A stretch of DNA of 64,000 bases. It comes from Azolla caroliniana (taxonomy: Eukaryota > Plantae > Polypodiophyta). The notes under the pieces were generated by a model, which had not been told where the DNA came from, searched no databases, and saw only the letters and a list, made by a program, of their open reading frames with translations. The position numbers and the translations under genes were made by a program. Numbering within the stretch: position 1 is the stretch's first letter; each line of letters begins with the position of its first letter. Below are positions 13,746-25,358 of the stretch, in pieces. Location of the stretch: assembly GCA_043228905.1 (NCBI GenBank), contig JBHGNT010000010.1, positions 13,206,001 to 13,270,000 of the forward strand, given 5' to 3'.

Positions 13746-16700
13746 CCATCCAAGAACTCGATAGGTGGGGAGGGTGTCGTAAGACGGCCCGGAATTGAAC
13801 TTGTAGTATAAGGTTCCAAAAGGGATACATGAAACACCATATGAAGATGCATGTGCGGAGGGAGGTCAAGACAAAATGCAACATCACTTATCTTACCAGT
13901 GATCATGTAAGGGCCAAAACATTGGTAATCCAATTTACTACAAGGTCGAGTGGTCTTGATGTTGTGTTGGAGAAGCCATACATGATCCCCACCGCAGAAC
14001 TTTTTTGAGGAGTCTAGACGATGACAATCGGCAAGCCTCTTGTGTGTAACTTGAGCATCGTGCAAATTGTGGAGAATGGTAGCGTGAATTTCTTGGAGGC
14101 GACTAAGATGATCCTCGGCAGCAGGGTTGGTAGGAACATTTGGATGCACATTCATTGTCCACTGAGGATGACAACCCGTATTTGCGAAAAATGGGGAATA
14201 TCTTGTAGAAGAATGGGCTGAGTTGTTGTAAGCGAATTCCGCCAAGTGCAAAAAATCAACCCAATCATCTTGTTGATAGTTGATGAAACAACGAAGATAT
14301 TGTTCCAACGTCTAGTTGGTACGCTCAGTTTGGCCATTTGTTTCGGGATGATACCCCGAAGAAAGCTTAACCGAAATGTGGAGAAGTTTGAACATGTGCT
14401 TCCAAAACTTTGAGATGAATTGTGGACCACAATCACTAATAATATCCTCCAGCAGACCATGATGCTTAAATACCTCCCACATAATGAGATCAGCCACCTC
14501 TTGACTAGTAATCGACTTTGTACATGGCAAGAAATGTGCCATTTTGGTAAATCGATCAACCATTGTGAGAATTGTATCAAAACCTTTTGAAACTGGGAGA
14601 TCAATAATGAAGTCCAAGGATATAGACTTCCAAGGAGTGTCCGGAATGGGAAGTGGTTGTAGTAAGCCATAGGATCGGTGACGAGGACTCTTTGATCGAC
14701 AACATATATCACAGCTCCAAACATACTCCTCAACAAAATGACGAAGGCGAGGCCACCAATAGCGTCGAGAAATTAATTCTAGAGTCTTGCGAACTCCAAA
14801 ATGACCAGCCATTGCTGAGTCATGGAAATGTTGTAAAACTTGTAGTCATGGGGGACTATCAGGAACATACAATAGATTTTGTCGAAACAGAAAACCACCA
14901 TGCCAATAGAACTGACGATAGTCATTATGAGGATTTTTCGACCGTGAACAAGAAGCACGATCCGGGACGATATGATCCAAAACATCCTTGACGAAATCAT
15001 CAGTGGCCATATGATCTCGAATGGAGTCAAGAAGAGTGGAATTTTCAAGAGTTGTTATGGCATTAACTACCATTAATCATAGTCGATTAGGACCCAAAAG
15101 GATTTGTTTTTTATGCTCAAATGCAGGTTCCCCTGGACGAAGTTCCATATAAGAGCGCCGAGAAAGAGCATCTACTTTGCCTTGCTGCATCCCAAGGCGA
15201 TATATGATGATAAAGTCGAAGTGAGTCAAAAATTGTGCCCACCGGGCTTGTCACCGACTAAGACTCGAGCATTTTGGAAATAATTCAGGTTCTTATGATC
15301 ATTGTAGGCAATGATCTGCTAAGAAGAACCTTCTAGAAAATGTCGTCATTGTTGAAACGAATCCACAATTTCAAGAAGCTCTTTGTCATGGATCTCGTAG
15401 TTGATCTCTGCAGCTTCAAACTTTTGTGAATGAAAGGCAACAGGGTGTAGCTGTCCATCATCTCCAGTCTGCGAGAGGACACTTCCTAGTGCAAAATCAG
15501 ATGCATCGGCTTCGAGGATGAAGAGTTTTGTTGGGTCGACATGTGCTAAGATAGGTGCCGTTGTAAATGCTCGTTTTAAGCTTTTGAATGCCTCGGTTGC
15601 ATCTGAACTCCATATAAATGGCTGATCTTTATGTGTGAGTTGAGTAAGCGGAAGCACAACCTTGGAATAATCTTTAATAAATTTTCAATAAAAATTTGCA
15701 AACCCAAGAAAACATTGCACATCATGCACTGAAAGGGGTGTTTGCCACTCTAAAATTGCTTGTACCTTCATGGGGTCCATAGCAATACCATCCGACGATA
15801 CAACATACCCCAAAAATTCCACTTGATTCTGGCCGAAACTACACTTTTCTAATTTTGCGTAGAGACCATATTCTCGGAGTCGACACAGTACCTGACGAAC
15901 ATGTTTGTCATACTCCTCTTGGGTCTTCGAGTAGATTAAAATATCATCTAGGTAAACTATAGTGAAGATATCAAGAAAATCTCGAAAAATATCATTCGCC
16001 ATATGTTGGAAAACAGCAGGTGCATTCGTGAGACCGAATGGCATCACAGTATACTCAAAATGTCCATAGCGAGTGCGAAAAGTTGTCTTACATTCATCCC
16101 CCGGGCGAATCCGAACTAGATTATATGCTCCGCGAAGGTCCAACTTCGTGAAATATTTTGCACCACTGAGACGTTCCAAAAGATTCGGGATTAATGGTAG
16201 AGCATATCTATTCCGGATAGTCACTTTGTTTAGCCCTCAATAATCCACGACCAACCGAAGAGTCCCATTCTTCTTCTTAACGAAGAAGATAGGTGCACTA
16301 GCAGGGGATCTAGAATGTCGAATGAATTCGTTTGCCAGATTCTCATCAATATATTCCTGCAAAGTCTCTAGCTCTACAGGGGAGAGATTATAAATTGGGC
16401 CCCATGGAGGTTCTTTCCTTGGTTGTAAGTCAATATGGCAGTCGTATGGCCATTGCTCCGGCAATGTATTAGCCTTCACCTTATCAAAGACATCTGAAAA
16501 CTCCTTGTATTTCTCTGGTAGTTTAATGTCCGCTTCACGTGAAGTGGATGATGGAGTTGCTACTATTGCGAAGACGAACATGGCCTCGTTCCCCCCTTCC
16601 TCCCGCAACTGTCGTAAAGAGATGGTCGATAACTCCGGGGATCTATTATCACATGTAGGAGAGAGGGATGCGGGGTTTGTGCTTTTTTCCCGGGTCTCCT

Positions 16701-18341
16701 CAATTGTTCTTTTCATCCAATCAATCTTCGAGTTATGGAGTTCAAACCAAGGGAGAGCTAGAACTATTGGGTGTTCCAGACTACGAATAATGTTGAAACA
16801 GATTATGCTTGCCAAATCACCAAGAACTATCCTAATTGGCTCAGACTCCTCGACTATATCTCCTGATGCTATGGGACGTCCATTAATTATTCCTGCGGCT
16901 ACTGGGCTGGGAAGCTTATTCAAGAGGATGTTTTGTGACAAGGCAGATTCACGATCCATGAAACAAGAGTTGGCTCCAGAATCTAGGAGGGCAGAGGTTA
17001 GGACTTCATGACATGTAGATGTGGTAAGCTCGACTTGTGCTGGAAAAACTCTACTCACTTGATTTGATGAAATGGAACCATGACTAGGAACTAACTCTAC
17101 ATAGTTAGGATGGTCCATCCAAATGGCTCCTATTTTGGTCGGACTTACTCGTTTAACACATCCTCTAATTGACTCAAGAAATCGAATCTATTCTCATGGC
17201 ATGGCCTATGAGGCTTACTTATGTTATTAGAAGTAACAATAGAACTCGATGTAGGGTTTTCATGGGCACTTACTTGGTATACTTGATGCCTAGGTTTATG
17301 TGGACAATTTACAGCTATATGTCTTGGACTGCCACAATACAGGCAGAGGCGATGTGCTCGACGTCGTTGCTTCTCAGCATCTGATAACGGCCCGCGATGT
17401 TGTGTTGACTCTATTTCCATCGGAGTTGGGCCATCCCTTGTAATGGGTCTAGAAACTTGTGGAGGCGTTGCAACTACGGAAGCGTAAGTTTGCTTAGGTT
17501 GACGGCGTAACATTTGTTGGCACTCAGAACGTCATTCAAATAGGCGATTATCACATTGCACAGCTTGACTAATGGCTTCTATAAGCGACTTCGGATCTTC
17601 AGGGAAAGTAAGAAGAAGATCTTTGACATCATTTCGCAAACCTTGACGGAATTGATCCATTAAGGCTACCTCATCCCAAGGGATATCACATGCCAAGAGA
17701 CGGAAATCGGCTACGTAAGCCGACGCGGGACGATCTCCTTGTCGAAGCCTTCAAATCTTGTTTATCGATGTCCTAGTGTTGTCGATGTCTTCGAAACTAG
17801 CTTGAAACTCTTTAACAAATGCCTCGAAATCCTCCAACAATGTTGATTTCTTCTCGAGAAGTGGTGCGAACCATGCTAACGTCATACCGCATAGCAAAGT
17901 TCCACTAATCCCACACGAGCAACATCAATTGGATACCGATTGGGATGTAGCTGAATAACCAGACGAACTTGATTCAAAAAGCCTTGAAATAAAGACTTCG
18001 TACCATCAAACTTGGCAGGGAGGCTGATCTTTGGTTCTCTAGGGGAGTTCTGAGCCCCCAATGCTTGCTCTTGTAATGACAATATAGTTGCCTCGAGTTG
18101 ATGAACCCGCTGTGATAACTCTTCATATTGTTGAGCTTTTTCGGCGCTCATGTGTTGTAGGTCTCCAAGTAGCCTTTGATTCTCATGCTCTAATGCCATA
18201 AATTTATTCGTGAGCATGTCGAGCTCAGAAAAAACACGCATGTATTCTTGTTTGCTCACGGACTCCATAGGTTACGAGGGGAGAGGAGAAGGAAGAAGAG
18301 AACTTGTTAGGGTTTTTGGAAGATGAAGAGATGAAAGGAAG

Positions 18342-18353
18342 AAATTGGTTCAA
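18342..18353 (-). promoter_or_regulatory. Non-tRNA (self-priming) primer binding site
   Basis: TTGAACCAATTT lies 2 nt downstream of the 5' LTR and is a perfect complement of AAATTGGTTCAA at 18477-18466 inside the LTR. Confidence 0.8.
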
Positions 18354-18358
18354 ACTGT

Positions 18359-18402
<44 letters not shown>

Positions 18403-18502
18403 TTGAAAGAGAATTACTACATTGAAGAGTAAAATGGATTACAAAGAGTAGGCTACAAAATGGCGTTGAACCAATTTAGGTTTGGGATGAGTGGTAGATC
18501 CC

Positions 18503-18665
18503 TATTTATAAGTAATAGAGAACACTCTAGAATATTCTAGGTTATCCTAGAATGTAGAGTAATCTAGAAGATCTCTAGAGTATTCTAGAAGGTTCTAGTG
18601 GTATAGAACACACTAGAATATTCTAGGTCATTCTAGAATGTAGAGTAATATAGAATATTCCTATG
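18503..18665 (-). promoter_or_regulatory. Chromovirus LTR promoter: TATA box and HSE-like array
   Basis: TATAAATA at 18510-18503. Repeated GAAnnTTC/TTCnnGAA units lie upstream, including TTCTAGAAGGTTC at 18583-18595. Confidence 0.6.
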
Positions 18666-21600
18666 ATATTAGATTTCATATTCTAAAAACTATACATATA
18701 AGAATACTAATACAATGGTTAAGGATTTGACATGTGTACAACAAGGTCGTGGGTTCAAATCCTTTCGAGTCATAATGTGAGTGTCATGATCCTTTTAATG
18801 CATGATGTTCGTGAGTGTTATCATGACACATCCTCAACTTGCTATACAAGTTTGGAATGACTGAGTGAAAATCTTTGGCAACCCCTCTCGATTGAAACCT
18901 AAAGCTAGATGTCGAGTCCGGCATAAAAGAGTGTGAGCCGACTCACTATCGTCAGCTAGTCGTAAAGCCTAATTTACCCCAGGATCACTCAACCCAACCT
19001 CAACTATTCAGTCAGTCTTCTTAGCCAATTCATGCAAAATCCACGAGATATTCATTTAGATTGTACTAAGCGATTTTTACGATACATGAATGGAACGATG
19101 GACTATGTCATTCTCTATAAGTTGGTCACACAATTTGACTCAAAGGGTATACGAATGTCGATTGGGCTGGCTATAGAGCCAACCAACGGTCGACCTCAGG
19201 GTTTTTCTTCTCTCCTAGAGTAGCAAGAAGAAACCAATCATCGCACTTTCAAGCACAGAGGCCGAATACAGAGGCGTGGTTGTTGCTGCATGTGAAGTTG
19301 TATGGCTTATGTGAATTCTGAAAGACCTTGGCATCTCCATCAATGACCCAGTCTTGATCTACTGAGACAATCTTAGCAACATCCACTTGGCTCGGAACCC
19401 GATATTCCATGCTCGAACAAAGCACATTGAGGTGCACTACCACTTCATCCGTGAACGTGTCATTGCAGGGGATGTCGACCTTCAACATATCAGTACCAAT
19501 CATCAAATAGCCAACAACTTCATGAAAGCTTTGGGGACTAACAAGCTGACATTTTCAACCAAGCTTGGTCTTTTGACCTACGATTTGCCGAGCTTGAGGG
19601 GGGAGTGATAGCCAACCGATTGAGCTTGAAGGGGAGTGTTGAGAATCAAACTCAACCTAAGTCTAGTTTGTGAACACATCTTTTTGAGAATGTATCTACA
19701 GTCAAAGGTCAAAGGTCACCACTACTTTCTAACATTAATTATGTGTCATAGAATCATATTCTATTACACATAACTAATGAGTTTCCAAATTCCCCGTGAC
19801 ATATGAGCTTCTATAGTTGCTAGAGAGTGATCGAGTGGTTTAGTGAGAGGGTGACCTTATATAAAGCAACCCCCCCAACTTTGTAACTGTCGGTTAATCT
19901 TCCATGTAATGCTATTTTCTTTGTACTTGCTATTCTCTACTCCTTGTCAATAAACATCTTGAGTATTCTATTTTCCTATCTATCTTGTGTCTCTCCTCTC
20001 TCCTCTTTCACACACCCATAGCACACATCTCTTATATATTTTGTTGCATAGAATCACACTAAATTCTTTACAGTTCTTAAGTGGGACAAATGAGCTCTAT
20101 TATATTTAAAATTGATCTCTCTCGTTCGTAGTTGTCGAAGTATCTAGGACTACCTTCCAATGCTTCCTCCTCTTCCACTATCTTCAACCCTCTTGGAAGC
20201 ACAGTCCTAATGCCATGTTCCTTCAATAAATGTGCCTCTAGATCCACTTTCTTATGAAATCATCGTGGGTTTTCCCGGTGTGACTCTGCAACTATGCATA
20301 CTCGACATTTTATCCCCATCGGATCTCGAACACACTTGAACATTGAGAGGGTGTCAACTCCACCTGATTTCACTGTGGCGACAATGTATAATATGCATTA
20401 CAACAAAACATTTTTTATCAATTAGCCAGATCTAAACCCTTACTACTATGTGTCAACAGACCCCACCCACTATGAGCCAACACTAATTGGCAACCAAAAT
20501 AAATTTTACCTTCTACTCTTTTGTCTTCCTACTGGATAAATATGCTTGTTTGTGTACATGCAATTGGAAATCAGAATGCTACATTGTAATTTGGTTTATG
20601 CTTGCATGCCTACTATTTAGGACAAAGGTAATTGACGATGTCCTTGGATTGGATAGTTGTATCTGTGCGGAATAGGTGCTCGGCCACAACCGAGTCTTAA
20701 ACACTCAATGGAAGAAAACAGAAAAATAGAAATAAGATGAACACAAGATATTAACGTGGAAAACCCTAATAGGGAAAAACCACGAGAGCCCACAGACTCC
20801 AACTATCACTATAAGAAGAGGATACAATGCAAGGCTCAGAGGCAACGACATCGAGCCCTATGTCTTCGCCAACCAGCGGTTACAACGATAATGATAACAA
20901 CAACTACAACTCTTGAACCCTACAAAGTGGTTGCCCTAAGTCATGTTTATAATTATATGACTTTAGGACTATTTATAAATATGGCCAAGATAGGCACACT
21001 AGAAACATATTTACAGATATGTCCCTGGATCTGGTTTACACTGGATCCTTCTGGTCCAGTTCCTTCCTTCGGCTCATCCGATCCATCTCATCTGGATCCC
21101 ATCTGGAAGGACCACATTCCCAACAAGCTCCCCCTTCACTCCGGCATGGGATGTCTTGTCTATCTGATCCGTCTCCTGCACACGTCCAATTTGTCGGCTG
21201 ACAGCACCTTGGTCAGCATGTCTGACCCGTTCTCCTCTGTATGGATCTTCGTCAACAAGAACTCTTTATCTTCTACCTTCTCACGGAGCTAGTGATATCT
21301 CCTCTGGATGTGCTTGGTCAAGGAGTGGTAGGCCACATTCTTTGCGAGGTGGATGGCACTTTGACTGTCACAATAGAGCCAAAATTCCTCCTGTCGGATC
21401 CCTAGCTCTTCGATGAAGTGCTTCATCCAGATTACCTCTTCACCGGCTTCTACAGCCGCCATGTACTCCACTTCCATCGTCGACAGTGCAACGGATTTTT
21501 GCAGCCTCAACTGCCATAATACAGCTCCCCCATCATAAGTCATAACATGTCCGGATGTAGACTAGCTAGTGTCTGCATCAACCAACATATCGGAATCCGT

Positions 21601-24600
21601 GAATCCTTCAAGTTGGGGTTTTCCTAAGCTGAATCGGGCGCACATACTCGAGGTGCCTTTCAGGTATTGGAGTATCCACTTGACTGCAATCCAGTGTTCT
21701 CTTCCTGGATTGCTCATGAACCGGCTGACCACTCCAATAGCATATCCGATATTCGTTGGGTACACACCATTGCGTACATCAAGCTTCCAATGGTAGAGGC
21801 GTATGGTATCTTCATCATCTCCGACTTGTCTACCTTTGTTATCGGGCTCTATTTCCCTGATAGCTTGCAGTTTGCCGGAAGTGTCGATCCGACTAGCTTC
21901 GCATCCATCATTTTGAATCGTTGGAGCACATTCGTCACGTACTTCTCCTGTGACAACCACAATATTTTCTTTGTCCGGTCCCGGACTATATGCATCCCCA
22001 ATATCTATCTCACCCGACCCAGATCTTTCATTGAGAGGTCTACTTCAAGGCCTTCTTCATGTTTCCGATTTTGATCCGGTTTGGTCCGACGAGCAGCATG
22101 TCATTCACATAGAGTAGCAGTGTTGAGCGGGCAAGCTCAACCGGATCCGGATCGGCTGAATAAGCCTGAGCTGGATCGGTATCCGGGATGAAGAACCGGA
22201 TGATATCTTAATCAGTATACGAATGACATCCGAAACCAGGAGCTGGATCGGAGAGACGGATCGGGGAGTTAGATTCAAATGTGAAGTGGAAGGCTAGTAG
22301 TAGCCTACATGCATCTAGACTACTAGGTAGTCAGAGTCCTCATAGTTAGTGTCAGTCGCTCGTATGAGCATCGAAGTACATGGTACTTCTATCAATCCTC
22401 CAAGGGCTTGTATAAATAGTGTTGTCAAGCGTATTGTACATACAGAGTGATACAGAGTCATTTTTTTAATAGAGTTTATGTTCTTCTCTTTCTCTGTCTC
22501 TCCCACGCATATTCTCTGTGTTAAGCTTCCATTGAACCTTTCTCTCTAACTGTTGCTATCCGGTAGAGCCGGTTTGTAATACGATTCCGCACATTCACAT
22601 TTACATGGTATCAAAGCGCGAGGGTTGGGAACCTCTGCAGCCAACAAACGCTTTCGAAGACAAACCCTAATACCCAGTAAGGACAAATAGAGAAAGATAT
22701 GGACAGAGGTATGTCGAGTTCACTCCCAACAGAAACGCTCGACCGGAGCAACTATGCGTCCTGGTCATATAAAATGCACCAGTACCTATTGGGGCATGGA
22801 TATTGGAGCTATGTGGAGGGAACCAACGAGGTAGCGCCAGAGCCAGCAAACAAAAACTTCCCGGTATGGGAGCAAGGAGCAAGCCAAGTGTTGTATTGCC
22901 TCGCATCCAGTGTGCACGACCAGATGATCGGCTACATCAAAGATGCTAAGATGTCGAAATAGGCCTGGGAGAACCTAAAGAAGATTTTCGCATCAAGTAC
23001 CTATGCATGGAAGCTCCATCTTCGGCAGGAACTGAACAATATACGACAAAGGGATATGTCAGTTACATACTACACCCCCAAGATAAAGGAGATTTGTGAC
23101 GCATTAGGGTCCATTGACGTCACAGTAGACGAGGACGAAATGGTGCAAATCTACCTCAGTGGTCTGGCTCAAAGGTACGAACCTATCCAGATAGCCATCC
23201 TCACCTGGGAGAAACCATCGTCCTTCTTCACCTTACAATCAATGTTAATGGTAGAAGAAAGCCACGTGAGTGGGTCAAGGACCACTCAATCGGAAAACCG
23301 GAGGTTGTAGATGGAGATGGATCGACCCCTGGGTGTGGAGGATGAGGTGGGTCAACACGCAATGGAGGTGGTTGGCAAGAGCAGAACCGAAGGCACAGAG
23401 ACGGTGCCAACAGCAGTTCCGGACCCCCTACAAGCAGGGGGAGTCAAGCCAATGCCGGAAACCGGCAAGGAAAGGCTGACATGGAATTCTAGAACTGTGG
23501 TAAGAAAGACCACTTCCGGATCGGAGGAAGTATGGTATGTTGATTCCGGAGCGTCAAATCACATGATGAGCCACAAAGAGTGGTTCTCGTTTTTGGAGAA
23601 ACCGGAACAACCGGGAATCGTCGAAACCGGAGACAACACCCCTCACCCGATTGTGCATGTCGGAGAAGTCTCTTTAAGCCATGTTAGACAAAAGGCAAAG
23701 TTGATGAACGTACTACACGTCCCGACAATCACAAAGAAACTGGTGCCAGTCAGACAAATCATCGACCAGGGGATGCAGGTGCGGTTTACGCACCTCGGGT
23801 GCTTCATCAAGGAAGAAGGCCGGATAATTACGCAAGGGCGTAGAGAAGGGAGGATGTTCATCCTCAACACTAATGACGTCGGCACCGCCATGTTAGCCTA
23901 AGGATAGAAGATTGACTCAGACATCGATCTCTGGCATAAGCGGATTGGCCACGTCAATTACCGGAGGCTTCAGGACCTGCAATCGAAACAAGTTGTGTTC
24001 GGTTTGCCGAAATTTAGTGGTCGGAAGGCCCAAATTTGTGAAGCCTGCCAACTCGGGAAGCAACACCGGCTTCCATTCCCTATCGAACGAAACCGAAGCC
24101 GTAACAAGCTCGACTTAGTCCATTTGGATGTATGGGGACCGGCACAAAACGTTAGTCTTGGCGGCAGTCGGTATTTCGTCTCCTTCATCGACGACGACAA
24201 CCGGCACACGTGGATCAACCTCATCGAGAAGAAAAGTGAAGTCCTCGACTGTTTTCGGAACCTTCAAAGCTTAGTCGAAAGGGAAATAGAGGAAGATAAA
24301 GAGTCTGTGGTCAGATGGTGGAAAAGAATACTTTTCAGGACAATTCAACAGTTATCTGCAGCAGAAGGGAATTCGGAGAGAATTCAGTTGTAGGTACACA
24401 CTAGAACAAACTAGTGTGGCCGAAAGAAAGAACAGGTCGATTGTCGACGCGGCGAGGGCAATGCTAGAGGAAAAGAGCATGCCCAAATTCTACTAGGTTG
24501 AGGCAATCCGGACGGTCGTCTACATCCAAGTCCAGATCGGAGACAAGGTGTCTGCACACGAGCTGTATTTTGGGCGCAAGCTGAATTTGAGGCACCTTCA

Positions 24601-24757
24601 GATATTCGGTAGCATATCATATGTGCATGTACCGAATGAGAAGCAGAAGAAGCTAGATCCGAAGTCGGAGAAGTGCATCCTAGTTGGTTACTCGCATGAG
24701 CAGAGGGGGTATAAGTGTTATAACCCCCAAGCTAAGCAGGTCCGAGTAAGCCGAGTG

Positions 24758-25292
24758 TGAAAGATTATGTGCGGAAGCAAGTAGAAAACCGAACACAGAA
24801 AACACGCAGGTTTAATGGAGATCTTGAATGTACACAGTATGTGGGAGAGACAGAGAGAACACACAGAAACTAAATTCAAAAATAATACTCAATCTGTACA
24901 TACACCGTGCTCAGTGAGCACCTTTTATACAAGCCCTGACAATCGGGTTGACAAAAGTACTCACAGTACTTGACTGCTCATAAATGAGCTCTATGCTAAC
25001 TCCCAAAATATATTCCTATGCGGAATATATTTCCAATGGCCTCACGGTTTACCCACCGCTACGGCTTCTCGTTACGCACCGGTTTGCGTAACGGTTTACA
25101 CACCTGTTTTACGCACCGGTCCAACCTAACCGATCGGCCCCAACCGATCCGGTTCTCAGCTTGCACAGCCGATCCGGCCAATATTGAGCTTCTATCTCAA
25201 CACTCCCCCTCAAGCTCAACTTGAGGTTCCATCTACTCTTCCGGATCTGCGCTCCGATTCCTTCTGTCTTCACGCCTCGCTTGCGCTCCTCG
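24758..25292 (-). mobile_element. 3' LTR + PPT fragment of a family A relative
   Basis: LTR ~24758-25202 is homologous to 25359-25800 in reverse. PPT (plus strand CTCCCCCTCAAG) starts at 25203, followed by ~90 bp of 3' internal sequence. Confidence 0.8.
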
Positions 25293-25358
25293 ACCTGTCT
25301 TCATCATCGCTCTTGCTTCTGGAGTTACCATCGTCACCGTCATTGGTTCTAGAATTAC

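Larger units (their letters stand above)
13073..18828 (-). mobile_element. Ty3/gypsy chromovirus (Tcn1/Tf1-like), structurally complete, ORFs disrupted
   Basis: LTRs at 13073-13519 and 18356-18828 with perfect TSD CATCC (13068-13072, 18829-18833). PPT GAAGAAGGGGGATAG. Domain order: gag (CLYCGSPRHIAVNC), PR (LLDSGA), RT (YLDD), RH (ADASDFALG), INT (GHFG..C..C, GPY), chromodomain. Confidence 0.95.
8057..20072 (+). mobile_element. Ty1/copia element B (degenerate, with nested insertions)
   Basis: LTRs at 8057-8483 and 19637-20072 (TGTTGAG...TTTACA). PBS TGGTATTAGAG at 8484-8494 and PPT GAAGGGGAG before 19637. Gag at ~8640-9300, protease WFVDS (ORF 9384), integrase at 9850-10700, RT LYVDD (ORF 12775), RNase [13 protein letters not shown] (ORF 19387). 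No TSD seen. Confidence 0.9.

Noticed and set aside
16505-17011. 168-aa antisense ORF in the chromovirus, and similar antisense ORFs in copia elements
   Set aside because: No recognisable motifs; these are shadow ORFs opposite coding sequence.
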